Assembly (NCBI GenBank): GCA_963698035.1
Contig: OY969114.1
Location: 60,001-92,000, forward strand
Length of the DNA: 32,000 nt
Direction of reading: 5' to 3'
From: Candidatus Saccharimonadota bacterium
GTDB lineage: Archaea > Micrarchaeota > Micrarchaeia > Micrarchaeales > Micrarchaeaceae
Positions 17,686 through 25,565 of the stretch are shown here, in pieces; positions within the stretch are counted from its first letter, which is position 1; every line of letters begins with the position of its first letter. The position numbers and the translations under genes are program-made. The notes below the pieces were generated by a model that searched no databases, had not been told where the DNA came from, and saw only the letters and a program-made list of their open reading frames with translations.

Positions 17686-17688
17686 TTA

Positions 17689-17865
17689 TTACTTTACCCT
17701 CTTTACACCGCTTCCAGATATCTTGAAGAGCGACCAGTGCCTGCACTTTGGGCACATCATGAACCTGCGGTTCCAGAGCCTTATCGCATCTATCGCGACA
17801 AGGGGCATGAAGAAATAGTCAAACTCCTCTTTGCACTTCGGGCACTCGAGCCTTACAGTGGGTAT
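17689..17865 (-). CDS. C4 zinc-ribbon module (58 codons) in frame immediately after the TGA stop of the upstream ORF; no canonical start codon before the first CPKC
   Basis: Hand translation: IPTVRLECPKCKEEFDYFFMPLVAIDAIRLWNRRFMMCPKCRHWSLFKISGSGVKRVK*. The only ATG (17808) lies after the first Cys pair. Confidence 0.4.
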   Translation of the reverse strand: MPTVRLECPKCKEEFDYFFMPLVAIDAIRLWNRRFMMCPKCRHWSLFKISGSGVKRVK

Positions 17866-18330
17866 TCAATCACTCTGAGCCTTGGCTTTTCTTCCAAGCG
17901 GCTTCCTTGGAGGTTTCATATCGGGGAAGATCTTTGACATGATGGTCTGGTTTATCGATGAATCGAAGTCCAAGCTTGAAATGACCTTGCCAAGTAGGTA
18001 TATTTTTGCCAGCTTTGGAAGCTGCAGGTTGCCCTTGCATGCCTCTTCCACCGCGCGCTTTGCATCGGTGCCGGAGAGTTCCGATATCGCCTTGGAGAGA
18101 TCCTCATAGTTCTTCTTCTTTCCGAACGTGACCTTTGCAGCCAGTACATCAAGCACAGCCGTGTTTATTCCAAGAAGCGGGAATGACTTGTTGTCTATGG
18201 TTGACCTTATCCCGGCAAGGTGGAAGACGACCTCTTCTGGCTTGGTATCGGGCCTTATCGCCAGTCTCTTTATAGATACCCAGTCCCCGTACTTGACCAT
18301 GAAGTCTACGTAGTCGCTTGCGTCGTCCAT
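17866..18330 (-). CDS. Hypothetical protein, 154 aa (third gene of the L40e operon)
   Basis: ORF with host-like composition. It starts 4 nt after the upstream gene's stop. The C-terminal tail is basic (KPPRKPLGRKAKAQSD). Family not recognised. Confidence 0.6.
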   Translation of the reverse strand: MDDASDYVDFMVKYGDWVSIKRLAIRPDTKPEEVVFHLAGIRSTIDNKSFPLLGINTAVLDVLAAKVTFGKKKNYEDLSKAISELSGTDAKRAVEEACKGNLQLPKLAKIYLLGKVISSLDFDSSINQTIMSKIFPDMKPPRKPLGRKAKAQSD

Positions 18331-18334
18331 CGTT

Positions 18335-18556
18335 TCACTTGGCGTTTACGAGATGGTATCCGGCGGCCTTCTCCCTGGCGATCCTCTTTATTACGCCCTT
18401 TTGGATGAGGACTACCAGCGTGTTCGTCACCATGCCCTTCGGCCTGTTGCACTTCTTCGCGATGTCGTCTGCTGTCTTTATTACGGTGTCCTTAGTGGCA
18501 CCGAGATCCCTCAGCGCCTGAACTATGAGCTCTTCCATTGGACTCAATTCTGCCAT
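18335..18556 (-). CDS. Small winged-helix DNA-binding protein, 73 aa
   Basis: wHTH-like pattern: ELIVQALRDLG...TADDIAKKCNRPKGMVTNTLVVLIQKGVIKRI...GYHL. It starts 4 nt after the L40e stop. Confidence 0.6.
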   Translation of the reverse strand: MAELSPMEELIVQALRDLGATKDTVIKTADDIAKKCNRPKGMVTNTLVVLIQKGVIKRIAREKAAGYHLVNAK

Positions 18557-18560
18557 TTGA

Positions 18561-18713
18561 TCACTTCTTTACCTTTAGCTCCTTCCTCTTCGGCCTAAGA
18601 TACGCATACCCGCACCTCCTGCACTTCGTTGCGCCTGCACGGTTTCTCCCCTTGCACCTCTTGCAGATGCTTACCTTTGATAGTTCTGCGTCGGCAAGCG
18701 GGAATTTTCCCAT
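18561..18713 (-). CDS. rpl40e: 50S ribosomal protein L40e, 50 aa (below the ORF-track size cut-off)
   Basis: Hand translation: MGKFPLADAELSKVSICKRCKGRNRAGATKCRRCGYAYLRPKRKELKVKK*. This matches the archaeal L40e zinc-ribbon pattern (C-x2-C ... C-x2-C, LRPKKK tail). Confidence 0.85.
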   Translation of the reverse strand: MGKFPLADAELSKVSICKRCKGRNRAGATKCRRCGYAYLRPKRKELKVKK

Positions 18714-18877
18714 CTAAAGTCACCAGTTTTAATAAAAGACAACGCATTCAATACAAAAAGAACAGGCTGTCGGTAGACTTACGCAAATTAAACTATTTAA
18801 AGCTTTGCTGCGCTCTTCTGGGCGTCCGCACATAATAAATAAAAGTCTTTGTTTACAATCTCATCTAATAACTCTTT

Positions 18878-20464
18878 TTGGAGGGTCTTGTGGCTAATGG
18901 GAATGGTGAAGCTGAAAGCGAGGTCCAGGAGCTTGGGCTCACGGCGGCCAAGACCGGCACGATATACCTTGGAGGAGAGATAGCCACATCCGTCGTTGTC
19001 CTCGTACTGCTGATATTCCTGGCGAGGGTGCTGCAGCCAACGAACTTCGGACTCTACAGCATTGCGATATCGTTCGCAGGAATACTCAACATCGCCCAGA
19101 CCTTCGGAATAGGCACCGCGTACAGGAAGATGCTGCCAGAGATAATTAAGAATAAGAAGGCGAGGATAACGCAGATACTCTCTGCCGGGTATGCCATTGC
19201 GCTGCCGCTCGGCATTGTAATCGCAATCGTGGGCATGCTCATCAGTGGGCTCATCGCAAAATACATATATAGCAATCCAGCTCTTATGCTTGCGCTCCTC
19301 ATTGCTGCTTTCTCTGAGTTCATATCTGTTCTGTTTAACCTGACGCAGGGAGTGCTGGTCGGGCTCGGAAAGGTGAAGGAGGCGACCATCGCCAACGCGG
19401 TATACTCGGTAATGTATCTTATCGGGTCGGTAGGGCTGGTGCTTGCCGGTTACGGGGTCGTGGGAGCGGTATCTGGAATGGTAATAGGGCTTGCGGCAGG
19501 GTCGGTAGTGGGCGTCCTCTACATGTTTAGGACCATAGGGCTTGGGATATCCAAGCCGAAGAGGAAGGATATAAGGGAGGTGGGCACCTTCTCTGCGCCA
19601 ATAGTAGCATCGTACATGGCGACGCAGAGTGCGCTGAACCTTGCGGTCCTGCTCCTCGGCGTTGTAGCGATAACCTCTGTTGTTGGAAACTACGGCGCGG
19701 CATACAAGCTTGCGCGGTTCGTCGACCTGACGATAACGGCCACGACCTTCATACTACTGGGAATATTCTCAAGTGCGCTCTCAAAGAAGAGCATCGCAAA
19801 GAGGATAGGCTCTATCTACAACAAGAGCATATACTACACTGCACTCTTCCTCTTCCCGCTTGTAGCGTACGGCATGGCTAGCGCAACGCCGTTGATAAGG
19901 CTGCTATTCTCATCCAGCTACTCTAGCGCACCGCTCTACTTTGCAATAATGATAGCGGGGATGACAGTAGGCCTTATCGGATCCTACGCGGGGACCCTGA
20001 TAATAAGCAGCGGCAATACCAAGAAATTCATGAAGTACCAGCTCGCAGCAACCGCGATACAGATAATACTGCTGTTCGCACTTGCGCCTTTCTACAAGGC
20101 AATAGGCGCGCTGGTGGCGCTCTTCGTGATAACGCCAATAGTCTTGGACATAATGTACATAAAGGCGCTGGAGGGGCAATTCAAGTTCAAGCACGACTTC
20201 GCGCCGCTTATAAGGATAGCGCTGGTATCGGCCATAATAGGGGTAATAATGCTCGGGACTACTGTCGCGCTGCACCAGAGGGAGATAACCCTGATAGCAA
20301 ACGGAGTTATTGCAATCTTTCTCTTCCCGCCCCTGCTCGCCCTCGTCAACGGGGTGAAGAGAAGCAACCTAGATTTTATAAAGAGGGCTGGGACAAGGCT
20401 GAGGCAGTTCCATTACATTACAGATATGCTTGCCAACTACGCGATGCGCTTTGTCAGGGAGTAA
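18878..20464 (+). CDS. MOP-superfamily polysaccharide/oligosaccharide flippase (Wzx/RfbX/AglR-like), 528 aa
   Basis: About 12-14 predicted TM helices along the whole length, as in polysaccharide biosynthesis (PST) proteins. The likely true start is GTG 18890, preceded by GGAGGG. Confidence 0.7.
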   Translation: MEGLVANGNGEAESEVQELGLTAAKTGTIYLGGEIATSVVVLVLLIFLARVLQPTNFGLYSIAISFAGILNIAQTFGIGTAYRKMLPEIIKNKKARITQILSAGYAIALPLGIVIAIVGMLISGLIAKYIYSNPALMLALLIAAFSEFISVLFNLTQGVLVGLGKVKEATIANAVYSVMYLIGSVGLVLAGYGVVGAVSGMVIGLAAGSVVGVLYMFRTIGLGISKPKRKDIREVGTFSAPIVASYMATQSALNLAVLLLGVVAITSVVGNYGAAYKLARFVDLTITATTFILLGIFSSALSKKSIAKRIGSIYNKSIYYTALFLFPLVAYGMASATPLIRLLFSSSYSSAPLYFAIMIAGMTVGLIGSYAGTLIISSGNTKKFMKYQLAATAIQIILLFALAPFYKAIGALVALFVITPIVLDIMYIKALEGQFKFKHDFAPLIRIALVSAIIGVIMLGTTVALHQREITLIANGVIAIFLFPPLLALVNGVKRSNLDFIKRAGTRLRQFHYITDMLANYAMRFVRE

Positions 20465-20503
20465 CGAAAAGAATTTATAAAACAACAATAGAATATAACA
20501 TGT

Positions 20504-20612
20504 GCCTGGGTAGCTCAATGGAAGAGCGCTTGCCTTGTAGACTTTTTGAAAAAAAGTTTAATCAAAAAGAAAAGAGAGCATGAGGTTGAGGGTTCGATTC
20601 CCTCTCCAGGCT
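20504..20612 (+). tRNA. tRNA-Thr (anticodon UGU) with a ~37-nt intron at the canonical 37/38 position (about 20540-20576)
   Basis: Acceptor GCCTGGG/TCCAGGC (G7-U66), D arm GCTC-AATGGAA-GAGC, 5' anticodon half CTTGC-CTTGTA. The intron is gactttttgaaaaaaagtttaatcaaaaagaaaagag. Then A-GCATG, variable AGGTT, T arm GAGGG-TTCGATT-CCCTC, discriminator U. There is one U-U mismatch (28:42). Confidence 0.7.
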
Positions 20613-20676
20613 TAGGATTCGCCCGAGGTTTCCGTTCCAGGACAACTCTTTTAGAGCTTTCTATTGTAGTGTATAT

Positions 20677-21420
20677 ATGGCAACTTGGGATTCGGTACTT
20701 AAGCCGGGTGAAGAGGTGCTCGCTTCCTTTGACAATCCGACTGTAGAGGCTAAAGAGTCTGGACAGGAGAAGTTCGGGGCCGCTCTGGGAGGATCTGCGG
20801 CGGGAATGAAGTATTCTGCCGCCCAATCCAATGCACCGAGCCAAGCAGCACAGAATAGAGCATTCCAGACATATGGCGCGGAGATATCAGGTATAGCGGC
20901 AGGAAACGCTGCAAGAAAAAAGAAGCTCGGGGACATGGGAGGAGGTGCAGACGTGCTTCTTATAACCAACAAACGGATCATATGTGTTGCAGACAAGGAA
21001 GTTGTATTTGAGGTAATAGTAGATCCGGAATATATGAAGAAGGTGTATGACGACAAAAGAAATGAGATTGAAGATCTGGAAAAAAATGTAGGGAGTGAGG
21101 CAAAAGGCAAGGGGCTCCTTGGCGTACTTAAGATGGGTGGAGAGATAAAGGCTGAGGAGGCAAAGATAGCCGGGGTGCAGCGCAACAGCATGTTTTCTAT
21201 ATCCGGCATCAAAAAAGAGAAGCCATTTTTGGGTAGCGAGCAGTTAAGATTGGATACTAAGCAATGGAGGATTGCCTCGGGTAGGTTTGGCGACAAGGCT
21301 GGAAGCTCTATACCGCGACCATGGATAATAAAATTCCCGAAAGGCGATCAAGGGCAGCTTGACAAGATCGTCAGCATGCTGGAGCCGAATGTCGGTGACG
21401 TAAAAAACGTAAAGCTTTAA
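20677..21420 (+). CDS. Hypothetical protein, 247 aa
   Basis: Lys/Glu-rich protein-like ORF, preferred over the Ser/Pro/Leu-rich antisense ORF 20661-21296. LLITNKRIICV hints at a PH/GRAM-like fold, but no family was recognised. Confidence 0.55.
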   Translation: MATWDSVLKPGEEVLASFDNPTVEAKESGQEKFGAALGGSAAGMKYSAAQSNAPSQAAQNRAFQTYGAEISGIAAGNAARKKKLGDMGGGADVLLITNKRIICVADKEVVFEVIVDPEYMKKVYDDKRNEIEDLEKNVGSEAKGKGLLGVLKMGGEIKAEEAKIAGVQRNSMFSISGIKKEKPFLGSEQLRLDTKQWRIASGRFGDKAGSSIPRPWIIKFPKGDQGQLDKIVSMLEPNVGDVKNVKL

Positions 21421-21494
21421 GTATAGACAAAACTTGTCGAGCCTTTTTACCTCTGAGAAAGGAGAAAGGGCTGAAAACGCAGGAAGTTGTAAAA

Positions 21495-21530
21495 GGGCTT
21501 TATTCTAAGAATATATAACTCTCCAGGCTT
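21495..21530 (+). repeat. Intergenic repeat copy A (GGGCTTTAT...CTCTCCAGGCTT); its last 12 nt are identical to the tRNA-Thr 3' end
   Basis: gggctttattctaagaatatataactctccaggctt aligns with 22918-22957 at roughly 80% identity. CTCTCCAGGCTT equals 20602-20613. Confidence 0.6.
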
Positions 21531-21604
21531 CGTCCTGGGGGATAAGACCTTTGGGTATAGCGATAAATGTGCCGACCATTTCAAAAGTGGTGAATATCCT
21601 CTAA

Positions 21605-22861
21605 CTAAGCAGCAGGGGAAGATAATATTCCGTATGCTGTAAGTTCCCTCCTGTTATGCGGTAGCTTCTTTAACTGTATGGATTTGTAATTTTTAGAAAG
21701 CTCTGTCTCGACAGTGGAGATGTGCTTACTAAAGGCTCTTGTTATTAATTTAGTGGTCATAATCAGTAATGCCTCTGGGTCTAGCAGTCCAACCAAAGAA
21801 TTGGCAATTGTAGCGCTTTCCAAAGGTGATGTATTTGTATCTATGGTTAAGAGGTCGAATCTACCAAATCTCTTGAGTAGCTCAATTATATTACGCTGTT
21901 CCATGTTCGTCTTTATGTGAATTATATCATAGTTTTTGACTTCTGCGCCTTGGCCACTAATTCCTTCAGCCGAAACATTTTCACTTAAACCTTCGCTCGC
22001 TATCATTTTCTGAATCTGAGGCACGTCTATTTCATCCGCTAAAATAAGAACTCTTTTGCCGTTACTTATTTTTCTGTAATCCAAAAATGCGCGGTCCACA
22101 GCAACAACCTTGATTCCATGTTGAGATAGGTAGTGCGTCCAACCGCCAGGCGCAGCGCCTATGTCCAACCCCATCTCGTGCTTGCTCAGATCTACTCCAA
22201 AGAATTCTATTGCCTCTTTTATCTTAAATTCCGCCCTGTTGAGTTGGTCTCCCCCTACCCTGCTTGCCTGTCTGAATGAATCCAGAGCATAGTCCTTCTG
22301 CACCGGGGTATCGGCATGCCCGATTATCACCGCGCCATTAAGCAGTACGGCATACACCATGACTTCCGGCGTTTTAAGATCCGCCCTATACCCGCGCCTT
22401 TCAAGGTCCCCGCCCAACCGCACCTCAACGGACTTGGCAGTTTCATCAAGCGCAAAGCCTATTTTTTTCACCTCTATCTTGAACGACGAGTGCTTGGGGC
22501 TATCGATCACCTTGGAAATGGCATCCTCAATTTTTGGGTATTCAATTGAATTTCCCATATCAATAATAACGTCCACAGGCATTACAAAATCAACGAATGA
22601 CGACGCGGCTCCCCTAATCTTTGCGGGCACGTCATCCAAGGTATCTTTCACTTCCAATTTGAAGAAGACAGTATTGGGTGTACTGTTGTTATTGACCCTG
22701 TACGGCTCGATCTTGCATTCTGGCAAAACAGACCGAAGGCCTTTCTCTGCCATCCTGCTGAACCTGTGGTCCACGAAAACCAAGTATGTTTTTCCTTCCT
22801 TGTGTTCGGTTACTTCATCACTTGCAATTTTAAATGCGTTCATTAAGCCACTCTTTATCAA
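21605..22861 (-). CDS. THUMP-domain plus FtsJ/RlmM-like SAM-dependent RNA methyltransferase, 418 aa
   Basis: The N-terminal half is THUMP-like (FKIEVKKIGF...SVEVRLGGDLERRGYRADLKTPEVMVYAVLL). SAM motif I LDIGAAPGGWTHYLSQHGIKVVAVD resembles RlmM/RrmJ. There is an extra C-terminal ~130 aa. G+C is somewhat lower than in the neighbours. Confidence 0.6.
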   Translation of the reverse strand: MIKSGLMNAFKIASDEVTEHKEGKTYLVFVDHRFSRMAEKGLRSVLPECKIEPYRVNNNSTPNTVFFKLEVKDTLDDVPAKIRGAASSFVDFVMPVDVIIDMGNSIEYPKIEDAISKVIDSPKHSSFKIEVKKIGFALDETAKSVEVRLGGDLERRGYRADLKTPEVMVYAVLLNGAVIIGHADTPVQKDYALDSFRQASRVGGDQLNRAEFKIKEAIEFFGVDLSKHEMGLDIGAAPGGWTHYLSQHGIKVVAVDRAFLDYRKISNGKRVLILADEIDVPQIQKMIASEGLSENVSAEGISGQGAEVKNYDIIHIKTNMEQRNIIELLKRFGRFDLLTIDTNTSPLESATIANSLVGLLDPEALLIMTTKLITRAFSKHISTVETELSKNYKSIQLKKLPHNRRELTAYGILSSPAA

Positions 22862-22917
22862 AGTTTATATTCATACTCTTTAGATCTTTGCGAATCGCTT
22901 TCACTTAATTTTAAGAT

Positions 22918-22957
22918 GGGAGCTTTATCCCTAAAGGATATAAGCCTCTCCAGGCTT
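22918..22957 (+). repeat. Intergenic repeat copy B (GGGAGCTTTATCC...CCTCTCCAGGCTT); 13 nt identical to the tRNA-Thr 3' end
   Basis: gggagctttatccctaaaggatataagcctctccaggctt. It includes the hairpin AAGCCT-ctcc-AGGCTT. It is followed by tcacGCTTAGG, echoing the tRNA flank GCTTAGG. A further GGGCTTTATCC copy lies at ~22982-22993. Confidence 0.6.
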
Positions 22958-23132
22958 TCACGCTTAGGGCAAAGCTCTGAAAGGGCTTTATCCATTATTC
23001 ATATGCGATAAGTGGGCGCTTAGGACTTGGGCCAGGGGGCTTGAGGCTTGAAGCCCTTATATAACAAGCATTTTTATGAGACAAAAAATATAGATTAATA
23101 TATCTTACTGTGAATTTAAAATAGATGAGGAG

Positions 23133-23660
23133 ATGGTATTCAGAGCGCAAAGCGCTATGGAATATCTTATGACATATGGTTGGGCCATTTTAATTATATC
23201 AATAGTCCTCGCAGCGCTCTTTGCTCTCGGAATCTTCAGCAGCAGCTCCTTCATAGGCACAGCATGCGTAGCGGCATCCGGATATGAATGCGCAAACCCG
23301 ATAATGCACACTGGAGTGTTCAGCGCTATAGTGGGCCAAGCCACCGGAAATTCATGGACTGTAGCAAATGTAATATTTGTAATTGCTGGCAGCACTGCAC
23401 CATCAGGCCTAGCACCCTCTCCTACCGCAAGCTGTGATGAACAGCCGTCAGGCGGTGTTCTCGCAAACGGCGGAACATTTACAGTAACGTATAACGGTGC
23501 TTATTATAACGGCGCATGTTACGGGTGGGGAACAACTCAGGTGCCAGGTGGCAATACTATAGGTTCAACTGTAGTCGGATCACTTTGGGCCTCGTACACT
23601 ACAGCTTCAGGAAGCGGCCTATATTCACAAATAGCAACAGTAACGCTGAAGGCTACGTAA
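23133..23660 (+). CDS. Archaeal type IV pilin-like protein with class III signal peptide, 175 aa
   Basis: MVFRA|QSAMEYLMTYGWAILIISIVLAALFALGIF has a short basic leader, a probable prepilin peptidase site after R-A, a Q+1 residue and a hydrophobic helix. GAGGAG lies 1 nt upstream of the ATG. Confidence 0.75.
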   Translation: MVFRAQSAMEYLMTYGWAILIISIVLAALFALGIFSSSSFIGTACVAASGYECANPIMHTGVFSAIVGQATGNSWTVANVIFVIAGSTAPSGLAPSPTASCDEQPSGGVLANGGTFTVTYNGAYYNGACYGWGTTQVPGGNTIGSTVVGSLWASYTTASGSGLYSQIATVTLKAT

Positions 23661-23737
23661 AGTAGGGAATTACTCCTTAGTTGTCAAGCTTGGAGAGAGC
23701 AAGGGCTCCCTAGCATTTCCCTCCGGCTTCCGAATTG

Positions 23738-24670
23738 CTAAGAACTGGCCACGGGCGCGGGGAGCGACACTACCCCGGCGCGCGTCACCGGCTTCCCTAT
23801 GGAGATCTCCTTGAGCAACACGGCAACCTTGGGATTCTGACCGCCCTTCGACAGATGAGCGAGCAGCGTGGCGGTGATGTTCAGCGGCACGTAATAGGTG
23901 CCCGACAGGCACGATGAGACATTGTAGCTTATGGCGTTGATGGTGCCGATTATCGGTATGCTCTCGTTTATGGGTGCGGTTCCGGTTGTGAATACGAGGA
24001 CGCAGCCCATTCCATCATAGGATCTGTCGCCACTCGATTCAAGCGTGGTTGAGTTGAACGAGACCGGCATGCTGCCAAGCATGCTGGAGAGCGAGCCCGG
24101 ATTGGAGACTACGGCCAGCACGCTTGCGTTCGACCTTGTGCAGGTGTAGTTTGACGACCCGGTGGAATTGCCGAGAATCCCCAGGCCGCGGCGGCACGTG
24201 TAAGAGACGCTCCGATTAACCTGAATAACATCGTAGTTCACCTTCCCCAGCGGGGTGGTGGCGAGCAGGTCGAACCTGCTGCTGTTCCCGTACTTCTGGT
24301 ATGTGACGTTGAGAGGTATGCTGACCGATAGGCCGTCCACGAGCACGCTGAACCCGGAGATTACAGCCGTGCCCGAATAGCTTACGTTCAGCTGGTTTGA
24401 GGAGTTGAGGTGCTGCGCAAGCACGGAGGTCAACTGCGACATGGGCAGCTGCGTCCCTTGCAGGTAGTCATTTAGCAGGGGGCTTTCGGTCGCATTCGTG
24501 GAAGTGGGGGCTGTTGTGCTCATGCTCATGCTTGGCGCCTTTCCGTTGCTCGTTATCAGCATAACCGCCACAAAGGCAATGGCAAGTATTAGTATGAAGG
24601 CTGCAGCGAGCACAAGCAGCGGTGCAATTCCCTTGCGCGAGCCTTTTGCGATTGAAGAAAACGTTTTCAT
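23738..24670 (-). CDS. N-terminally anchored, sequon-rich extracellular protein (possible pilin-like leader KGSRKG|IAPLLVL), 310 aa
   Basis: A basic stretch then a TM helix at the N terminus, followed by a Ser/Thr-rich linker. At least 12 N-x-S/T sequons are present. No catalytic motif was seen. Confidence 0.6.
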   Translation of the reverse strand: MKTFSSIAKGSRKGIAPLLVLAAAFILILAIAFVAVMLITSNGKAPSMSMSTTAPTSTNATESPLLNDYLQGTQLPMSQLTSVLAQHLNSSNQLNVSYSGTAVISGFSVLVDGLSVSIPLNVTYQKYGNSSRFDLLATTPLGKVNYDVIQVNRSVSYTCRRGLGILGNSTGSSNYTCTRSNASVLAVVSNPGSLSSMLGSMPVSFNSTTLESSGDRSYDGMGCVLVFTTGTAPINESIPIIGTINAISYNVSSCLSGTYYVPLNITATLLAHLSKGGQNPKVAVLLKEISIGKPVTRAGVVSLPAPVASS

Positions 24671-24730
24671 GTTCCCAACTCCCCATGCTTACATTTTGCG
24701 CCCACTATTGCTGCTGCGCGGCGGTGCATA

Positions 24731-25447
24731 TCAGGTATATGTGAAGACCACTGTGATGCTCTGCGTCGCCGACTGCGTCCCTGTGAATATCGGCACCACG
24801 TTCGCGCCGAGCGCCAGCCTTGTACCGGGGTAGACATACACATTGCCGTTTATGCTGACGCTGCTTATGGTGAGCGGAACGTGCGGACCGGCTACTAGCT
24901 GCGCCTGCGTGGTCGCATTCTGCATGGCGATGGCGAGGGCGGTTGGGCCGAGGCTGCGAATCTGGGATTGGGAGAGCTGTATTGTTATGCCCGTGATGTA
25001 GGTGTTGTTGACCGCGGAGAGCGCGGTCACTGCGCTTCCTGTGGTGTTAAGCGGAAGTAGGACAATCAGGCCCTCGCTCGCTGTGTACATTGTGCTGTTG
25101 TATGGCCTGTACAGCTGGTAAGAGACCGTCTGTATGTCGCTGGTGCTGTTGCTGAGGTACGGCGCCAGGGTTGAGCTTAGCGAGTACAAGGTATTCGAGA
25201 GCATTGCGGTCGCGCTCGCCGCGGAGGCGGCTGTGCCATTCACCGTTATATATACGGCTGACTGCGATGGCGTTGCCGAGACAGAGCCGGTTGCTGTTAC
25301 GGTCACCGTGCTCTTCTGGAGTGCGCTGCTCGTGGATGGGGATAATGCACCCCTGTACGCTACTATCGCGGTGACTATTATGGCGGCTGCAAAAGCAAGT
25401 ATAGCCACAACCGCTATTGTGGCATAAAGGTTGTCGTTGTTTCCCAT
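24731..25447 (-). CDS. SIMPL/DUF541-like membrane-anchored extracellular protein, 238 aa
   Basis: An N-terminal TM helix is followed by the SIMPL-type pattern: VTVTATGSVSATPSQAVYITVNG, IQTVSYQLYRPY, YTASEGLIVLLP, ITGITIQLSQSQ, ALAIAMQNATTQAQLVAG. Several sequons are present. Confidence 0.55.
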   Translation of the reverse strand: MGNNDNLYATIAVVAILAFAAAIIVTAIVAYRGALSPSTSSALQKSTVTVTATGSVSATPSQSAVYITVNGTAASAASATAMLSNTLYSLSSTLAPYLSNSTSDIQTVSYQLYRPYNSTMYTASEGLIVLLPLNTTGSAVTALSAVNNTYITGITIQLSQSQIRSLGPTALAIAMQNATTQAQLVAGPHVPLTISSVSINGNVYVYPGTRLALGANVVPIFTGTQSATQSITVVFTYT

Positions 25448-25565
25448 GAATAACCCTACTCAACTCTCAGGTTAATTTTATATACTTTGTGAGTATGCTG
25501 CGGGGTTTGGCAATACAGACTGCAGCCCTTAAATAACCATAAATCGAACTAATAACTGTGTATGC

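Noticed and set aside
20661-21296. 211-aa minus-strand ORF opposite the 247-aa hypothetical gene
   Set aside because: Its Ser/Pro/Leu/Phe-rich composition is typical of antisense frames. The plus-strand ORF is longer and has protein-like Lys/Glu/Gly composition. Neither has a recognised family, so the choice is not certain.
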